NCBI GenBank assembly: GCA_030428125.1 | Contig: JAUIBF010000001.1 | Location: 78,102-142,101 of the forward strand | Length of the DNA stretch: 64,000 nt | Direction of reading: 5' to 3' | DNA from: a bacterium | Lineage (GTDB): Bacteria > Patescibacteriota > Saccharimonadia > Saccharimonadales > SZUA-47 | In this document: one piece after another, positions 43,991 to 53,442 of the stretch | Numbering within the stretch: position 1 is the stretch's first letter | Layout: the number at the start of each line of letters is the position of its first letter | Position numbers and translations under genes: made by a program | Notes under the pieces: generated by a model | What the model was told of the DNA's origin: nothing | The model's database searches: none | Seen by the model: only the letters and a program-made list of their open reading frames with translations

Positions 43991-45505
43991 ATGGATCCTA
44001 TTACCATAGTTGCGGCTATAGTCGCGCTTGGTGTTGGTTTTGGTGCCAGCACATATACAACAAAAAAGAAGATTGGCTCAGCTGAGGAGAAAGCAGAAAA
44101 AGAGCTTGATAAAGCAAAAAAAGATGCTAAAAAAGAGCTAGAAAAAGCCAAAGAAGAAGCAATGAAAATTGCTGATGATGCTCGAAAAGATGAACAAAAA
44201 CGACGCAACGAAATCAAAGACGTAGAAAAGCGCTTACTCGACCGCGAAACTAACCTTGATAAAAAACTGGATGAGCTAGATAGGAGAGCAGAAAAACTCC
44301 GTAAGAGTGAGGATGAGTCTGAAGAGCTGAAGAATGAAATCAGGGCTATCCGTACCAAGCAACAAGAAAAGCTAGAAAAGATTGCCAAGCTTTCTAAAAA
44401 AGATGCTGCTGAAAAATTGATGACTATGACCGAAAGGGACATCAAAGGAGACCTAGAAGGCTTAGTTGCTAAATTGCAAAACGAAGCCAAAGACAACGCT
44501 GAAGAATTAGCTGGCACAATAATCGTTCAAGCAATGGAGCGAATGGCTAGTGAGGTTACAGCTGAACGAACAATTACTGCGCTAAAACTTACTGACGATG
44601 AGATGAAAGGTCGAATCATCGGCAAAGAAGGACGAAACATCCAGGCAATCCAGAAAGCAACTGGCGTCGACGTCATGGTTGACGACACTCCAGGAATGGT
44701 TGTGTTGAGCTCGTTTGATCCAATCCGACGTGAAGTTGCTAAGCGAACAATGGAAATGTTGATGAAAGATGGTCGAATCCATCCCGGTCGTATTGAAGAG
44801 GTCGTGGAGAAAGCGCAAAAAGAAGTCCACAAAGACGTCATGCGTGCCGGTGAAGATGCTGCACGAGAAGTCGGAATTGTTGGAATTCCGAAAGAAGTAT
44901 TGCAGCTTGTTGGTGAGCTAAAGTATCGAACAAGCTATGGCCAAAATGTGCTTAAACACTCGACAGAAATGGCTCATATTGCGGGAATTCTCGCAGAGCA
45001 GCTTGGTGCTGACGTAAAGACAGCCAAATACGCAGCGTTGATCCATGACATGGGTAAAGCACTTACTCACAAAATGGAGGGTAAACATCATCATATCAGT
45101 GGTGAAATGGCTCGTAAATACGGAGTACCTGAAGAAGTTGCTCACGCTGCTGAAGCGCATCATGACGACATGGAAGCAACCACAACTGAAGCATTAATTG
45201 TACGTGTTGTTGATGCTATTTCTGCTGCTCGACCTGGTGCACGTAATATTAGCGCTGAAAACTTTGCAGAGCGAATGAAAGACCTAGAAAACACGGCATT
45301 AAGCTTTGACGGTGTAGAAAAAGCCTACGCAATAAGCGCTGGTCGCGAAGTTAGGGTATTCGTGCAACCTACTAAGATGGACGACCTAGCTGCGATTAAG
45401 TTAGCACGTGATCTTGCTAATAAAATTGAAAGCACCATGCAGTATCCAGGAACCATTAAGGTGAACGTAATTCGCGAAACCAGAGCCATTGAATTCGCCA
45501 AGTAA
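43991..45505 (+). CDS. rny: Ribonuclease Y
   Basis: N-terminal TM, KE-rich coiled coil, KH domain (GRIIGKEGRNIQAIQ), HD domain (LIHDMGKA...AEAHHDD). Confidence 0.96.
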   Translation: MDPITIVAAIVALGVGFGASTYTTKKKIGSAEEKAEKELDKAKKDAKKELEKAKEEAMKIADDARKDEQKRRNEIKDVEKRLLDRETNLDKKLDELDRRAEKLRKSEDESEELKNEIRAIRTKQQEKLEKIAKLSKKDAAEKLMTMTERDIKGDLEGLVAKLQNEAKDNAEELAGTIIVQAMERMASEVTAERTITALKLTDDEMKGRIIGKEGRNIQAIQKATGVDVMVDDTPGMVVLSSFDPIRREVAKRTMEMLMKDGRIHPGRIEEVVEKAQKEVHKDVMRAGEDAAREVGIVGIPKEVLQLVGELKYRTSYGQNVLKHSTEMAHIAGILAEQLGADVKTAKYAALIHDMGKALTHKMEGKHHHISGEMARKYGVPEEVAHAAEAHHDDMEATTTEALIVRVVDAISAARPGARNISAENFAERMKDLENTALSFDGVEKAYAISAGREVRVFVQPTKMDDLAAIKLARDLANKIESTMQYPGTIKVNVIRETRAIEFAK

Positions 45506-46104
45506 TGAATGATTTAGAAATTGAAGCTAAATTTCTAAACCTGGATCCGGACGAAGTTCGAGAAAAACTAAAGTCTGCCGGAGCAAAGCTCAATTATACA
45601 ATGCGTGATTTCCGGCGCGCATTGTTTGACTATCCCGATAGTAGGTTTCAAAAAAACGACCATTCACGCCGATTAAGAATTCGAGATGAAGGTGATCGTA
45701 TAGCAATCAACTTTAAGTCTAAAAATGAAACAAATTATGTTCATGAAATAGAAGTTAATGTTGATTCTTATGAAAATACCGAAGCACTACTGGAAGCTAT
45801 CGGATTTGTAAAATATTCGTACCAAGAATCTAGAAGAGAATCTTGGAAAATAGATGATGCCGAAGTAGTGATTGATACTTGGCCTTGGCTAAACCCTTAC
45901 ATTGAAATTGAAGGTCCTTCGGAGGATGCAATCAAGAGTGTAGCTAAAAAGCTAGGTTACGATTGGAAAGATGCGAAATTTGGCAGCGTTGATACGGCTT
46001 ACATGGCTCAATACCCAAGAATGACAGAAGACGATTCAGTAGGGGATTTGCCAGAGGTAAAGTTTTCGATGGAAGTTCCACAATATTTTACAGATAGAAT
46101 GTAG
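45505..46104 (+). CDS. CYTH-domain (triphosphate tunnel metalloenzyme / CyaB-like) protein
   Basis: N-terminal EIEAKF (ExExK) motif, RLRIRDEGD, later acidic strands. 199 aa. The start overlaps the rny stop. Confidence 0.7.
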   Translation: MNDLEIEAKFLNLDPDEVREKLKSAGAKLNYTMRDFRRALFDYPDSRFQKNDHSRRLRIRDEGDRIAINFKSKNETNYVHEIEVNVDSYENTEALLEAIGFVKYSYQESRRESWKIDDAEVVIDTWPWLNPYIEIEGPSEDAIKSVAKKLGYDWKDAKFGSVDTAYMAQYPRMTEDDSVGDLPEVKFSMEVPQYFTDRM

Positions 46105-46164
46105 TTCTTGTTTCTACCTCTGTTTTTAGCTATAATTTAGCTTAAGCTTTAACAGGGGCAAATT

Positions 46165-49100
46165 TTGCAAGGGCGCAACATAAAAAAGTTTCTGGAACAG
46201 TTCAGGGTTATTATAGTAACGATAGTCTATTTTTTGACGTTGTTAGCAAGTTCCTCAGCACTTTTATATTTAAAATCTGAAAAAGCAAGTGCTGCCACAG
46301 ATGTGTTTCGACTAACATCATATGAACTTCAGTCGGGTGAGTACACATCTACCGGATATTCGCTTACTTTGAACAACAACCTATCTTCAAATTACTTTGT
46401 CATGATTTCTGGTCCTTCAGAAGCTACAGGCTCGAGGGCTGTTAACGAAGATCAAGTTAGAGTTGTCGGAGATCCGTTCGGGAATTTTGGATCAACATCT
46501 GCAACCAATGAGCTAGAGCTTAACAGAGGATCAGCGTCTAATGATTGGATTGGAATTATAACTGTTGTCGAGTGTATGGTCGAATGTTCGACCATGGGTT
46601 TTGAGTTGTCTGAAGTTTTAGAAACTTCCTTGCCCGCAGGATCTGCAGATGCCCTGCAGACTGTAAATGATAATCTAGCCTCATCATATACATCCAATAC
46701 TGTGCCTCTGGGGGGTCATTATGGTGGAGGCATCGATTCTGCAGGAAGTGATGCTAATTCATACGCGACAACTTTAGGTGTAAAGATTACTAAAACAGGC
46801 TCAAACCAGTTGCAATTTGAGAGGTATGGTGCTGAAAGCAGGGCGCCAGCAGCAGCAACAATTACGACATACGTAACTGAATGGGGATCAGAGTGGAACG
46901 TACAGGACGTAAATGTGACCGGCACCAATGCTGGGTCGGGAGTTGATTCAACATCTGAATACAACACAGCATCGGTCAGTTCTGTTACGAGAAATAATAC
47001 TTTTGTATGGGGTGCTGGTTATGCGTATGACGATGGGCTGGGTGATGGTGCGCTTGGGCAAGTAGTAACGTTAGGCGACGGGGTTAATCTAAATGCCACC
47101 GAGACTTCTGTCGCTGTCGGAGCAGAAGGAGCGCAGATTTCTCCAGGTAGGAACTTCCAGGTTTATGTAATAGAGCACCCAAACCTAGCAGTAGATTACA
47201 GGTTTAGGGTAAGAGGGGACCAGGGGGCAGCATCTGGATACCAAGAACTTACACAAACGGTAAACACAGCTAATGGTACAGAAGGTTATGATAATTCATC
47301 TACAGATGTTCAATATACTGAAGGGTACAGAACTGCCCTTTTTTACAGCACCTCAGGTGGTACAGGGCAAGCGTACTCTAGGACAGGAGCCTGGAGCCTG
47401 CGACACATTTCGAGTACAGACCTAACTTTTTACCGTGCATATGCGGGACAACCAATTTCAGGGTGGATACAGTCAATAGATTTTGCAGCGTTTGAGTTTT
47501 CTAATGTTGATACTAGGCAGCAAATATTCAGATGGCGAGATGACTCAACAGATGTAAATTCATCCGGAGGGTGGTTAGCTGCGGAAGACACAAATTTGAC
47601 TGAACAAGCAAAAAATACAAATTTAAGATTGCGTTTTCGCGTTGCAAATCACGGCACAACTCCCGAAGATGGCGCTAGACAGTACGAGCTAGAATTTGCT
47701 CACAAGAATGATACTAGTTGTGATTTAGTGTCAGGCTGGAGTGGTGTTTCTGATAGTACAATCGATGAGTTTGAGCTATATAATTCGGCTCAAATCTCTC
47801 CCGACGGTGAACTGCTAACAGGTAATTTGCTAAGCGATCCCGACGGCTTCAGCTTCGTTACAGGAGAAGCGAGGGAGGTAGCAGATACAACTAACGCAAT
47901 CGGTCCACTGGCTGCTAGCGCTTATACAGAGTTAGAATATGCCCTAAGACCAACTGACAATGCAGTAACAGGACAGACCTATTGCTTAAGGCTCTATGAT
48001 GCAGCAAATTCGACGGACCTAGAAGCTTATAGTGTTTATCCTGAAATTACAATTCAATCGACCGAAGTAAACACTACTGGTTTGGGTGAAGCAGGAACGT
48101 TTACTGCACCGGCTAATGGAGGCTGGACAACAGTTAATTTCGCTGGGAGTTACTCAGCTCCAGTTGTTGTCGGTCTCAGTAACTCACACAACGGTGAAAG
48201 TGCGCTGGTGTTTGAGTCTAGAAACGTGACGACGACAAGCGCCGATATGAGGCTGTGCGAGTCAGAAGGCTCTACCTCTAATGGGTGCGATACTCATTCA
48301 ACTGAAACGGGTGGGTATATGGTAATCGATGCTAGTATTGCGGCTGTAACGGATGGAATAGAAGCAGGAACGTTTACGGCGAACGGACAAGCCGACTCAA
48401 ACAGTGTAGTCACAAATTATAGTGAGAGCTTTTCGGCTGCACCATATGTGTTTGCAAATGTTAACACGGTTACTAGCAGCGAATTTCCGATAGAAGTTGT
48501 AATTTCAGCGACTTCAGTAGCTAGTTTTACTGCAGGTATTTGTGATCACCTGCAAGGCAGCGTGGATGCCTGTGACGGCTCTCATGGAAACGAATCTGTG
48601 GGGTGGGTTGCGATTGAGCCAGGTAATGAGCCCTTCCAGGAACAGTTTGATAGCGGAATCGAAAATATTGGAAATGGCTTATGGACCCCTGTATCTTTTT
48701 CTCCATCGTTCTCTTCAACACCGGTGTTATTATCAGCTTCTCAGACTGATTTAGGGGGTCAAGATGTCGAAATTGATGAAGGGCGAAACGTATCAACAAC
48801 AGGCGCAGAAATTAGGCCGTGTGAAATTGATACGCTGGATACTTGCGATAACCATAATGCTGATGATGTAGCCTGGTTTGCGATCGAGGCAGGTCAATTT
48901 TTAAACACAACAGAGATAGATCAGGACGGATTTAGGTTTTATGTTAATGAGAACTCGGCTACTCCATCTACTCCTGCTGAGGACGAAAACACAGAGTTAA
49001 CAGGTGTAGATAACGGCGACGTGATACATATAAGAATTGCTAATCAAGTCGGGGCATCACCACTAGCTGCCGACGCTGCAGCTTTCAAACTTCAGTATGC

Positions 49101-51303
49101 ACAAGCCTCGAATTGTAGCGCAGCCGGTTCCTGGAATGATGTAGGTGGATTAGGGTCGGGAGTAATTTGGCGCGGCTTTAATAACGCAGCGCCTGCTGAT
49201 GGGTCTGCTCTACCCTCGTCTCTTCTAGATAGCACAACTAACACTGCACAAACTTATGAAGAAGCAAATAACTCAGTTGGTAACCCATCGCAGATTGCCA
49301 GTGGTGATAGAGGTGAATGGGGATGGATTGTGCAAAATAATGGTGCAAGCAACTTCACATCGTATTGTTTCAGGATGACATTATCAGATGGGAGTGCTTT
49401 TAACTACGCCAGATACCCTAAGTTGACAACATCAAGTGGTGTGGTTAATTTATCACCGAATTCACCTGCGAATCTTGATCAAGAACGGCTGTCAACAACG
49501 CAGATAAGCACAGGCGAGACGATTAATGAAACAGATGTTGTATTTACGAGCGATATTTCTGATCAAAACGCTAACGACATCGTTCAACTTTGCGTCGAAG
49601 TGAAAGAGATTGGTCAAGCTTTCGTGAATAACGAAGATGCTTGCGGTAGTGCGGAAACATACACCGGAGCAGCAGTTCCAGCAAGTGTGACGGTTAGTGG
49701 TTTCGAACACGCTAAATCATATCATTGGCAAGCAAGAGTTAAAGATGCAGCTGATGCGTATTCCGGATGGAGTAGTTTTGGGGGAAATGCGGAAATTGAT
49801 TCGGATTTCGAAATCGATACCGTGGCACCATCAGGTGTTGTTTATGATGGTAACGCTGCTGGTGTAGACATAGAGTTTAATGCCGGAGAATTAGACGAGC
49901 TAGAAGCAAACTGGGAACAAGTTGATGGTAAAACCCCAGATGAAGTATCGGGTTTAGTTTTATGGCTTGACGGCGATGATGTTGAAAATGACGGAACTGA
50001 TCCAGCCAACGGTAGTTCTGTAGCGCTTTGGAGTGATAGGTCTGGATTAGGCAATGACATAGGGGGCACCGGTGCAGCAACATTTGATGCTACGCTTCAA
50101 GCAATTTCGTTCACTGATGATCCGTTGCCGTTTGATGATAATTTCGACCGAAGTGGAGGGAACTCTAGTGCTCACAATATATACTCCGTTGTTAGGGGCA
50201 ATGCCGGGACTGGAACCAACCATGTATGGTATGAAACAACGACCCCTAGAGTTGCTCCTGCTGAAAACGGAATTCTGGGTGGAGCGACGGCCTTATCAGG
50301 TAATAATTTCTGGTCCAACCACATTACTGATACCAAAGTTTTAACGTTAGAATATGGATCTGGTGGGACTTCTACTGCATGGCTTGACAGAACTCAAGAG
50401 TATCAGTTTAGCGAAACTCAAAATTTTGCAGATTCTCAAAGAATAGTAATTGGTGATGATACAACAGGTGGAAATAGACTTGAGGCAGGCGAGTACGTCC
50501 ATGAAATTATTGTATTCAACCAAGATGTAACCTCAGGGGATAGAAATGATTTGTGGGAACACCTAGAATGTAAGTGGCAAATTAGAGATTGTTCAGTTAC
50601 ATACGATTACTCTATAGGTACGTCCCCGGGTGGAATTGACATTCTGGGTTGGACTGCATCTGGAGCTTCAACTAGTGCATCTGCAAGTGGACTCAGCTTA
50701 ACGACTGGAACTCAATACTACTTTAATGTTCGAATCACAGACACAGCAGGTAATCAGACGATTGTAAGTAGCGATGGGCAACAAGTGGCTCCATCACTAT
50801 CGTTTAGCACCTCTACAGGAGGTAGTGGGATTACTTTTGAAAATCTGAATTCATCTAATTCATTTACTGACACAGAAACAACTATAGTGTCAACCAGTAC
50901 CAATGCACATAACGGGTATGAAGTCAGGTCATACACGAGTGGTTCACTAGAAAATGCTTTGTTAGACACAATCGGTGGGTTTGATGGAGGTACATACGCT
51001 GCAACGGATACGTGGGAGTCGGGCGATACAGGTTTCGGCTATACATCCAGCGATGTTTTAGTAGATGGAGTCAATAGGTTCAACGCTTCTACGTGTCCGG
51101 GTGGAGGTAGTGGAGGGCCGTGCTTCGCGCCATTTAGTTTAACAGCACCGGGTGACATAGTTGCGGACAATGACGGGATTATATCCGGTAGTCCAGTCGT
51201 AAATGAACAATTTACAATTACTCATCGTGTCACTACTGATGAATTCCAGCCAATTGGCACCTATCAAACGACATTAATTTTTCAAGCAATTGCGAAATAC
51301 TAA
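46165..51303 (+). CDS. Giant secreted multi-lectin-domain surface protein (P1) with WxL-like/pilin-like C-terminal module
   Basis: 1712 aa. TTG start 6 nt after CAGGGGCA, with TATAAT at 46131-46136. Signal anchor ending SEKASA/ATD. Two FR[WF]...YCFR beta-sandwich modules. Three tandem ~95-aa Cys-pair repeats (48079-48900). LamG-like block LVLWLDGDD...ECKW (49948-50580). The C-terminal 169 aa are homologous to the P3 tail. Confidence 0.85.
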   Translation: MQGRNIKKFLEQFRVIIVTIVYFLTLLASSSALLYLKSEKASAATDVFRLTSYELQSGEYTSTGYSLTLNNNLSSNYFVMISGPSEATGSRAVNEDQVRVVGDPFGNFGSTSATNELELNRGSASNDWIGIITVVECMVECSTMGFELSEVLETSLPAGSADALQTVNDNLASSYTSNTVPLGGHYGGGIDSAGSDANSYATTLGVKITKTGSNQLQFERYGAESRAPAAATITTYVTEWGSEWNVQDVNVTGTNAGSGVDSTSEYNTASVSSVTRNNTFVWGAGYAYDDGLGDGALGQVVTLGDGVNLNATETSVAVGAEGAQISPGRNFQVYVIEHPNLAVDYRFRVRGDQGAASGYQELTQTVNTANGTEGYDNSSTDVQYTEGYRTALFYSTSGGTGQAYSRTGAWSLRHISSTDLTFYRAYAGQPISGWIQSIDFAAFEFSNVDTRQQIFRWRDDSTDVNSSGGWLAAEDTNLTEQAKNTNLRLRFRVANHGTTPEDGARQYELEFAHKNDTSCDLVSGWSGVSDSTIDEFELYNSAQISPDGELLTGNLLSDPDGFSFVTGEAREVADTTNAIGPLAASAYTELEYALRPTDNAVTGQTYCLRLYDAANSTDLEAYSVYPEITIQSTEVNTTGLGEAGTFTAPANGGWTTVNFAGSYSAPVVVGLSNSHNGESALVFESRNVTTTSADMRLCESEGSTSNGCDTHSTETGGYMVIDASIAAVTDGIEAGTFTANGQADSNSVVTNYSESFSAAPYVFANVNTVTSSEFPIEVVISATSVASFTAGICDHLQGSVDACDGSHGNESVGWVAIEPGNEPFQEQFDSGIENIGNGLWTPVSFSPSFSSTPVLLSASQTDLGGQDVEIDEGRNVSTTGAEIRPCEIDTLDTCDNHNADDVAWFAIEAGQFLNTTEIDQDGFRFYVNENSATPSTPAEDENTELTGVDNGDVIHIRIANQVGASPLAADAAAFKLQYAQASNCSAAGSWNDVGGLGSGVIWRGFNNAAPADGSALPSSLLDSTTNTAQTYEEANNSVGNPSQIASGDRGEWGWIVQNNGASNFTSYCFRMTLSDGSAFNYARYPKLTTSSGVVNLSPNSPANLDQERLSTTQISTGETINETDVVFTSDISDQNANDIVQLCVEVKEIGQAFVNNEDACGSAETYTGAAVPASVTVSGFEHAKSYHWQARVKDAADAYSGWSSFGGNAEIDSDFEIDTVAPSGVVYDGNAAGVDIEFNAGELDELEANWEQVDGKTPDEVSGLVLWLDGDDVENDGTDPANGSSVALWSDRSGLGNDIGGTGAATFDATLQAISFTDDPLPFDDNFDRSGGNSSAHNIYSVVRGNAGTGTNHVWYETTTPRVAPAENGILGGATALSGNNFWSNHITDTKVLTLEYGSGGTSTAWLDRTQEYQFSETQNFADSQRIVIGDDTTGGNRLEAGEYVHEIIVFNQDVTSGDRNDLWEHLECKWQIRDCSVTYDYSIGTSPGGIDILGWTASGASTSASASGLSLTTGTQYYFNVRITDTAGNQTIVSSDGQQVAPSLSFSTSTGGSGITFENLNSSNSFTDTETTIVSTSTNAHNGYEVRSYTSGSLENALLDTIGGFDGGTYAATDTWESGDTGFGYTSSDVLVDGVNRFNASTCPGGGSGGPCFAPFSLTAPGDIVADNDGIISGSPVVNEQFTITHRVTTDEFQPIGTYQTTLIFQAIAKY
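50794..51300 (+). other. C-terminal module of P1 shared with P3
   Basis: Aligned blocks P1/P3: PSLSFS/PTLTFT, STNAHNGYEVRSYTSGSLEN/TTNAPGGYTVYIRHTGQLSN, GDTGFGYTSSD/GTEGWGYTTED, FAPF/YAPF, PIGTYQTTLIFQAIAKY/PFGTYQTTIIYTVASTY (both are the protein C-termini). Confidence 0.85.
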
Positions 51304-51316
51304 TATACTAATAATT

Positions 51317-52219
51317 ATGAGGTTTTTTGCTGTATTTTTGCTTGCTTTTGTACTTTTTGCATTGCCGAAAACAGTCTATGCTGATGAAACGTCTATAACT
51401 GCATCTCCAGCAATTATCGATGTGCCAGCAAAAGTTGGAGAAAGCTCTAAAAGAGAAATTAAAATTACCAATAATAACGACTACCCTTTGCCGGTTAGCA
51501 TAGAAGCTCAAGCAGCAATAATCGACGGAGAGCCGTTAAATGATGGTGTAAATTCTAGATATGATGTAAGTGATTGGATCAGGTTTGACGAAGACACGTA
51601 CCTATTCGAAGCTGGTCAAACTAGATCTATACCGTTTACTGTGACGCCACCTTTTACCGCAACTGCAGGTGGGCATTACGCAAACATTAGTATTAGAGGA
51701 CTTGCTTTAGAATCTAATTTTGATGAACTGGGTTTAGTATTTCCAGAGATTGGTGTCCCCGTGCTTGTTTCTTTGCCTGGTGAAGTAGTAGAAAAGATAG
51801 AATTTTCCAATAACAACCTATTCCCAATATCAACGCAGCCAAACAAAAAGTATTTATTTGAGACCAAATTATCAAATGTTGGGACCGTTCATAATTTAGT
51901 ACAACCAAAAATAGTGATAGAGAAAGAAGGTCAGTTAGTTGATGAGTTTTTATTTAGGCCATCAGTAATTTTACCTGGAACCCAGAAAGTTTTTTCAACA
52001 GAATGGAGTGTTCCGGACTTTGGCATATATAATGCACACGTTGAACTAGTTTATGGCTCTAAGAATCAAAAAATCAGTTCCAATTCTGAAGTAGTAGTCT
52101 CAACTCCAAATCTGAAGAGTCTTGCTAACGTTTTTGTCATGACAGGAGTAGTAGTTTACTTAATACCACGCCGAAAAAACATCAAGCCTGCCGTTAAAAA
52201 AGTGTTTACTAACACCTAA
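51317..52219 (+). CDS. Signal-peptide / two Ig-like domains / C-terminal TM anchor protein (P2), DUF916-DUF3324-like architecture
   Basis: ATG at 51317 (MRFFAVFLLAFVLFALPKTVYA/DE). ITASPAIIDVPAKVGESSKREIKITNNNDYPLPV...SDWIRFDE...GQTRSIPFTVTPP..ATAGGHYANISI. C-terminal helix LANVFVMTGVVVYLI plus basic tail. Paralogous to P4. Confidence 0.75.
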   Translation: MRFFAVFLLAFVLFALPKTVYADETSITASPAIIDVPAKVGESSKREIKITNNNDYPLPVSIEAQAAIIDGEPLNDGVNSRYDVSDWIRFDEDTYLFEAGQTRSIPFTVTPPFTATAGGHYANISIRGLALESNFDELGLVFPEIGVPVLVSLPGEVVEKIEFSNNNLFPISTQPNKKYLFETKLSNVGTVHNLVQPKIVIEKEGQLVDEFLFRPSVILPGTQKVFSTEWSVPDFGIYNAHVELVYGSKNQKISSNSEVVVSTPNLKSLANVFVMTGVVVYLIPRRKNIKPAVKKVFTNT

Positions 52220-52286
52220 AATAAAGCTTGCGCTTTTTATCTCTCTTAGCTACAATGTTAACCAACTGAGTAATTGAGGGAAAAAT

Positions 52287-53357
52287 ATGTCAAAAACAAA
52301 GTTAATTTTCAGGCAGAATGCTTTTATTGCCGCCTTATTGTTAGTAGCAGCGATCCTATTGCCAGCCATTCAGGTCGGAGCTCTTACAACTAGTTCACTA
52401 ACACTAAGTGATCCACGAACATCTCAAACAAGCGAGTATACTTTCGCATCAAGTGGATTTACTACTGCCACAACCATCAACTGTATACAGCTAGATATCG
52501 GTACTGCATCAGACGGTAGTGGCGACGTGGGACTAGACTTGTCGGGAATAGCTTTGGGCACAGACACCATTTCTTCTGGTGGCTCTTGGGCTGATGCTAG
52601 CGTTGATGGTGCAACTGATCAGTTGCGAGCAACATCAGCTGGTGGTGCTACGCCAAACTCAAGCGGTTCTATCACCTGGACGGGCATAGTTAATGGTGCA
52701 ACAGAAGGTGCTACATATTATGGTGTGTTTGAAACATTTGCTAATACAGACTGTTCAACAGGTGGTTCAATTGACTCAGTGACAGTAGCGTTTACTTACA
52801 CCGATGGAGAGCTGGTTCAGTTGACTATCGATCCTACCCTTACCTTTACGCTTTCTGATGTAGCATCAGGTCAGCCAGTGAATGGCGTTAATACCACAAT
52901 CGGATCAACTGCTACAGGAATAAACCATGGTAACGCAGTGACATTTGGAGCAAATGGCATTTCAGCGCACGATCTCAACGTAACTACTAATGCCCCGGGT
53001 GGCTACACTGTTTACATTAGACACACCGGCCAACTTTCAAACGGCACGGACGACATAGACAATCTGACTGGAGGTGCTACAAACGCAGTGCCTACACTGT
53101 TCACAGCAGCTGGCACAGAGGGTTGGGGGTATACAACAGAAGATAATGATTTGGCAGGTGGTACGGGAGATAGGTTTACTAATCCAGGAAACTACTACGC
53201 CCCATTTGATACAAGTAATGAGCCAGTGGTTGACAACACCAACGCAGTTCCAGGTGGAGAAACCGTAAGAGTTGGACATCAGGTCGGAATTGCATCGACT
53301 ACACCGTTTGGAACATACCAAACAACAATTATCTACACAGTAGCATCAACCTATTAG
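52287..53357 (+). CDS. Secreted 356-aa protein (P3) with the same C-terminal module as P1; candidate major subunit
   Basis: Signal peptide (...PAIQVGA/LTT). Thr/Gly/Ser-rich. Own TACAAT -10 and GAGGGA SD after a small hairpin downstream of P2. C-terminal 173 aa (52836-53354) homologous to the P1 tail. Confidence 0.8.
   Translation: MSKTKLIFRQNAFIAALLLVAAILLPAIQVGALTTSSLTLSDPRTSQTSEYTFASSGFTTATTINCIQLDIGTASDGSGDVGLDLSGIALGTDTISSGGSWADASVDGATDQLRATSAGGATPNSSGSITWTGIVNGATEGATYYGVFETFANTDCSTGGSIDSVTVAFTYTDGELVQLTIDPTLTFTLSDVASGQPVNGVNTTIGSTATGINHGNAVTFGANGISAHDLNVTTNAPGGYTVYIRHTGQLSNGTDDIDNLTGGATNAVPTLFTAAGTEGWGYTTEDNDLAGGTGDRFTNPGNYYAPFDTSNEPVVDNTNAVPGGETVRVGHQVGIASTTPFGTYQTTIIYTVASTY
52836..53354 (+). 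other. C-terminal module of P3 shared with P1
   Basis: See 50794-51300. The motif order and the terminal GTYQTT[LI]I[FY] strand are conserved. Confidence 0.85.
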
Positions 53358-53442
53358 AAGTAAGCACCCGTTTCTCGTAAATACTTTATGGGTAGTTTAT
53401 TTCCTTGAGAGATGTTTAAAAAAAGGGTAGTATAAAGGGAGC

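Noticed and set aside
43921-44517. 198-aa Ser/Leu/Ala-rich ORF antisense to rny, and similar antisense ORFs (e.g. 2293-2718, 3568-4095, 8282-8815, 17668-18375, 26406-26702, 28310-28927, 34646-35119)
   Set aside because: All lie opposite well-supported conserved genes and have low-complexity, Ser/Leu-rich mirror composition without start signals. They are typical shadow ORFs of Lys/Glu-rich genes.
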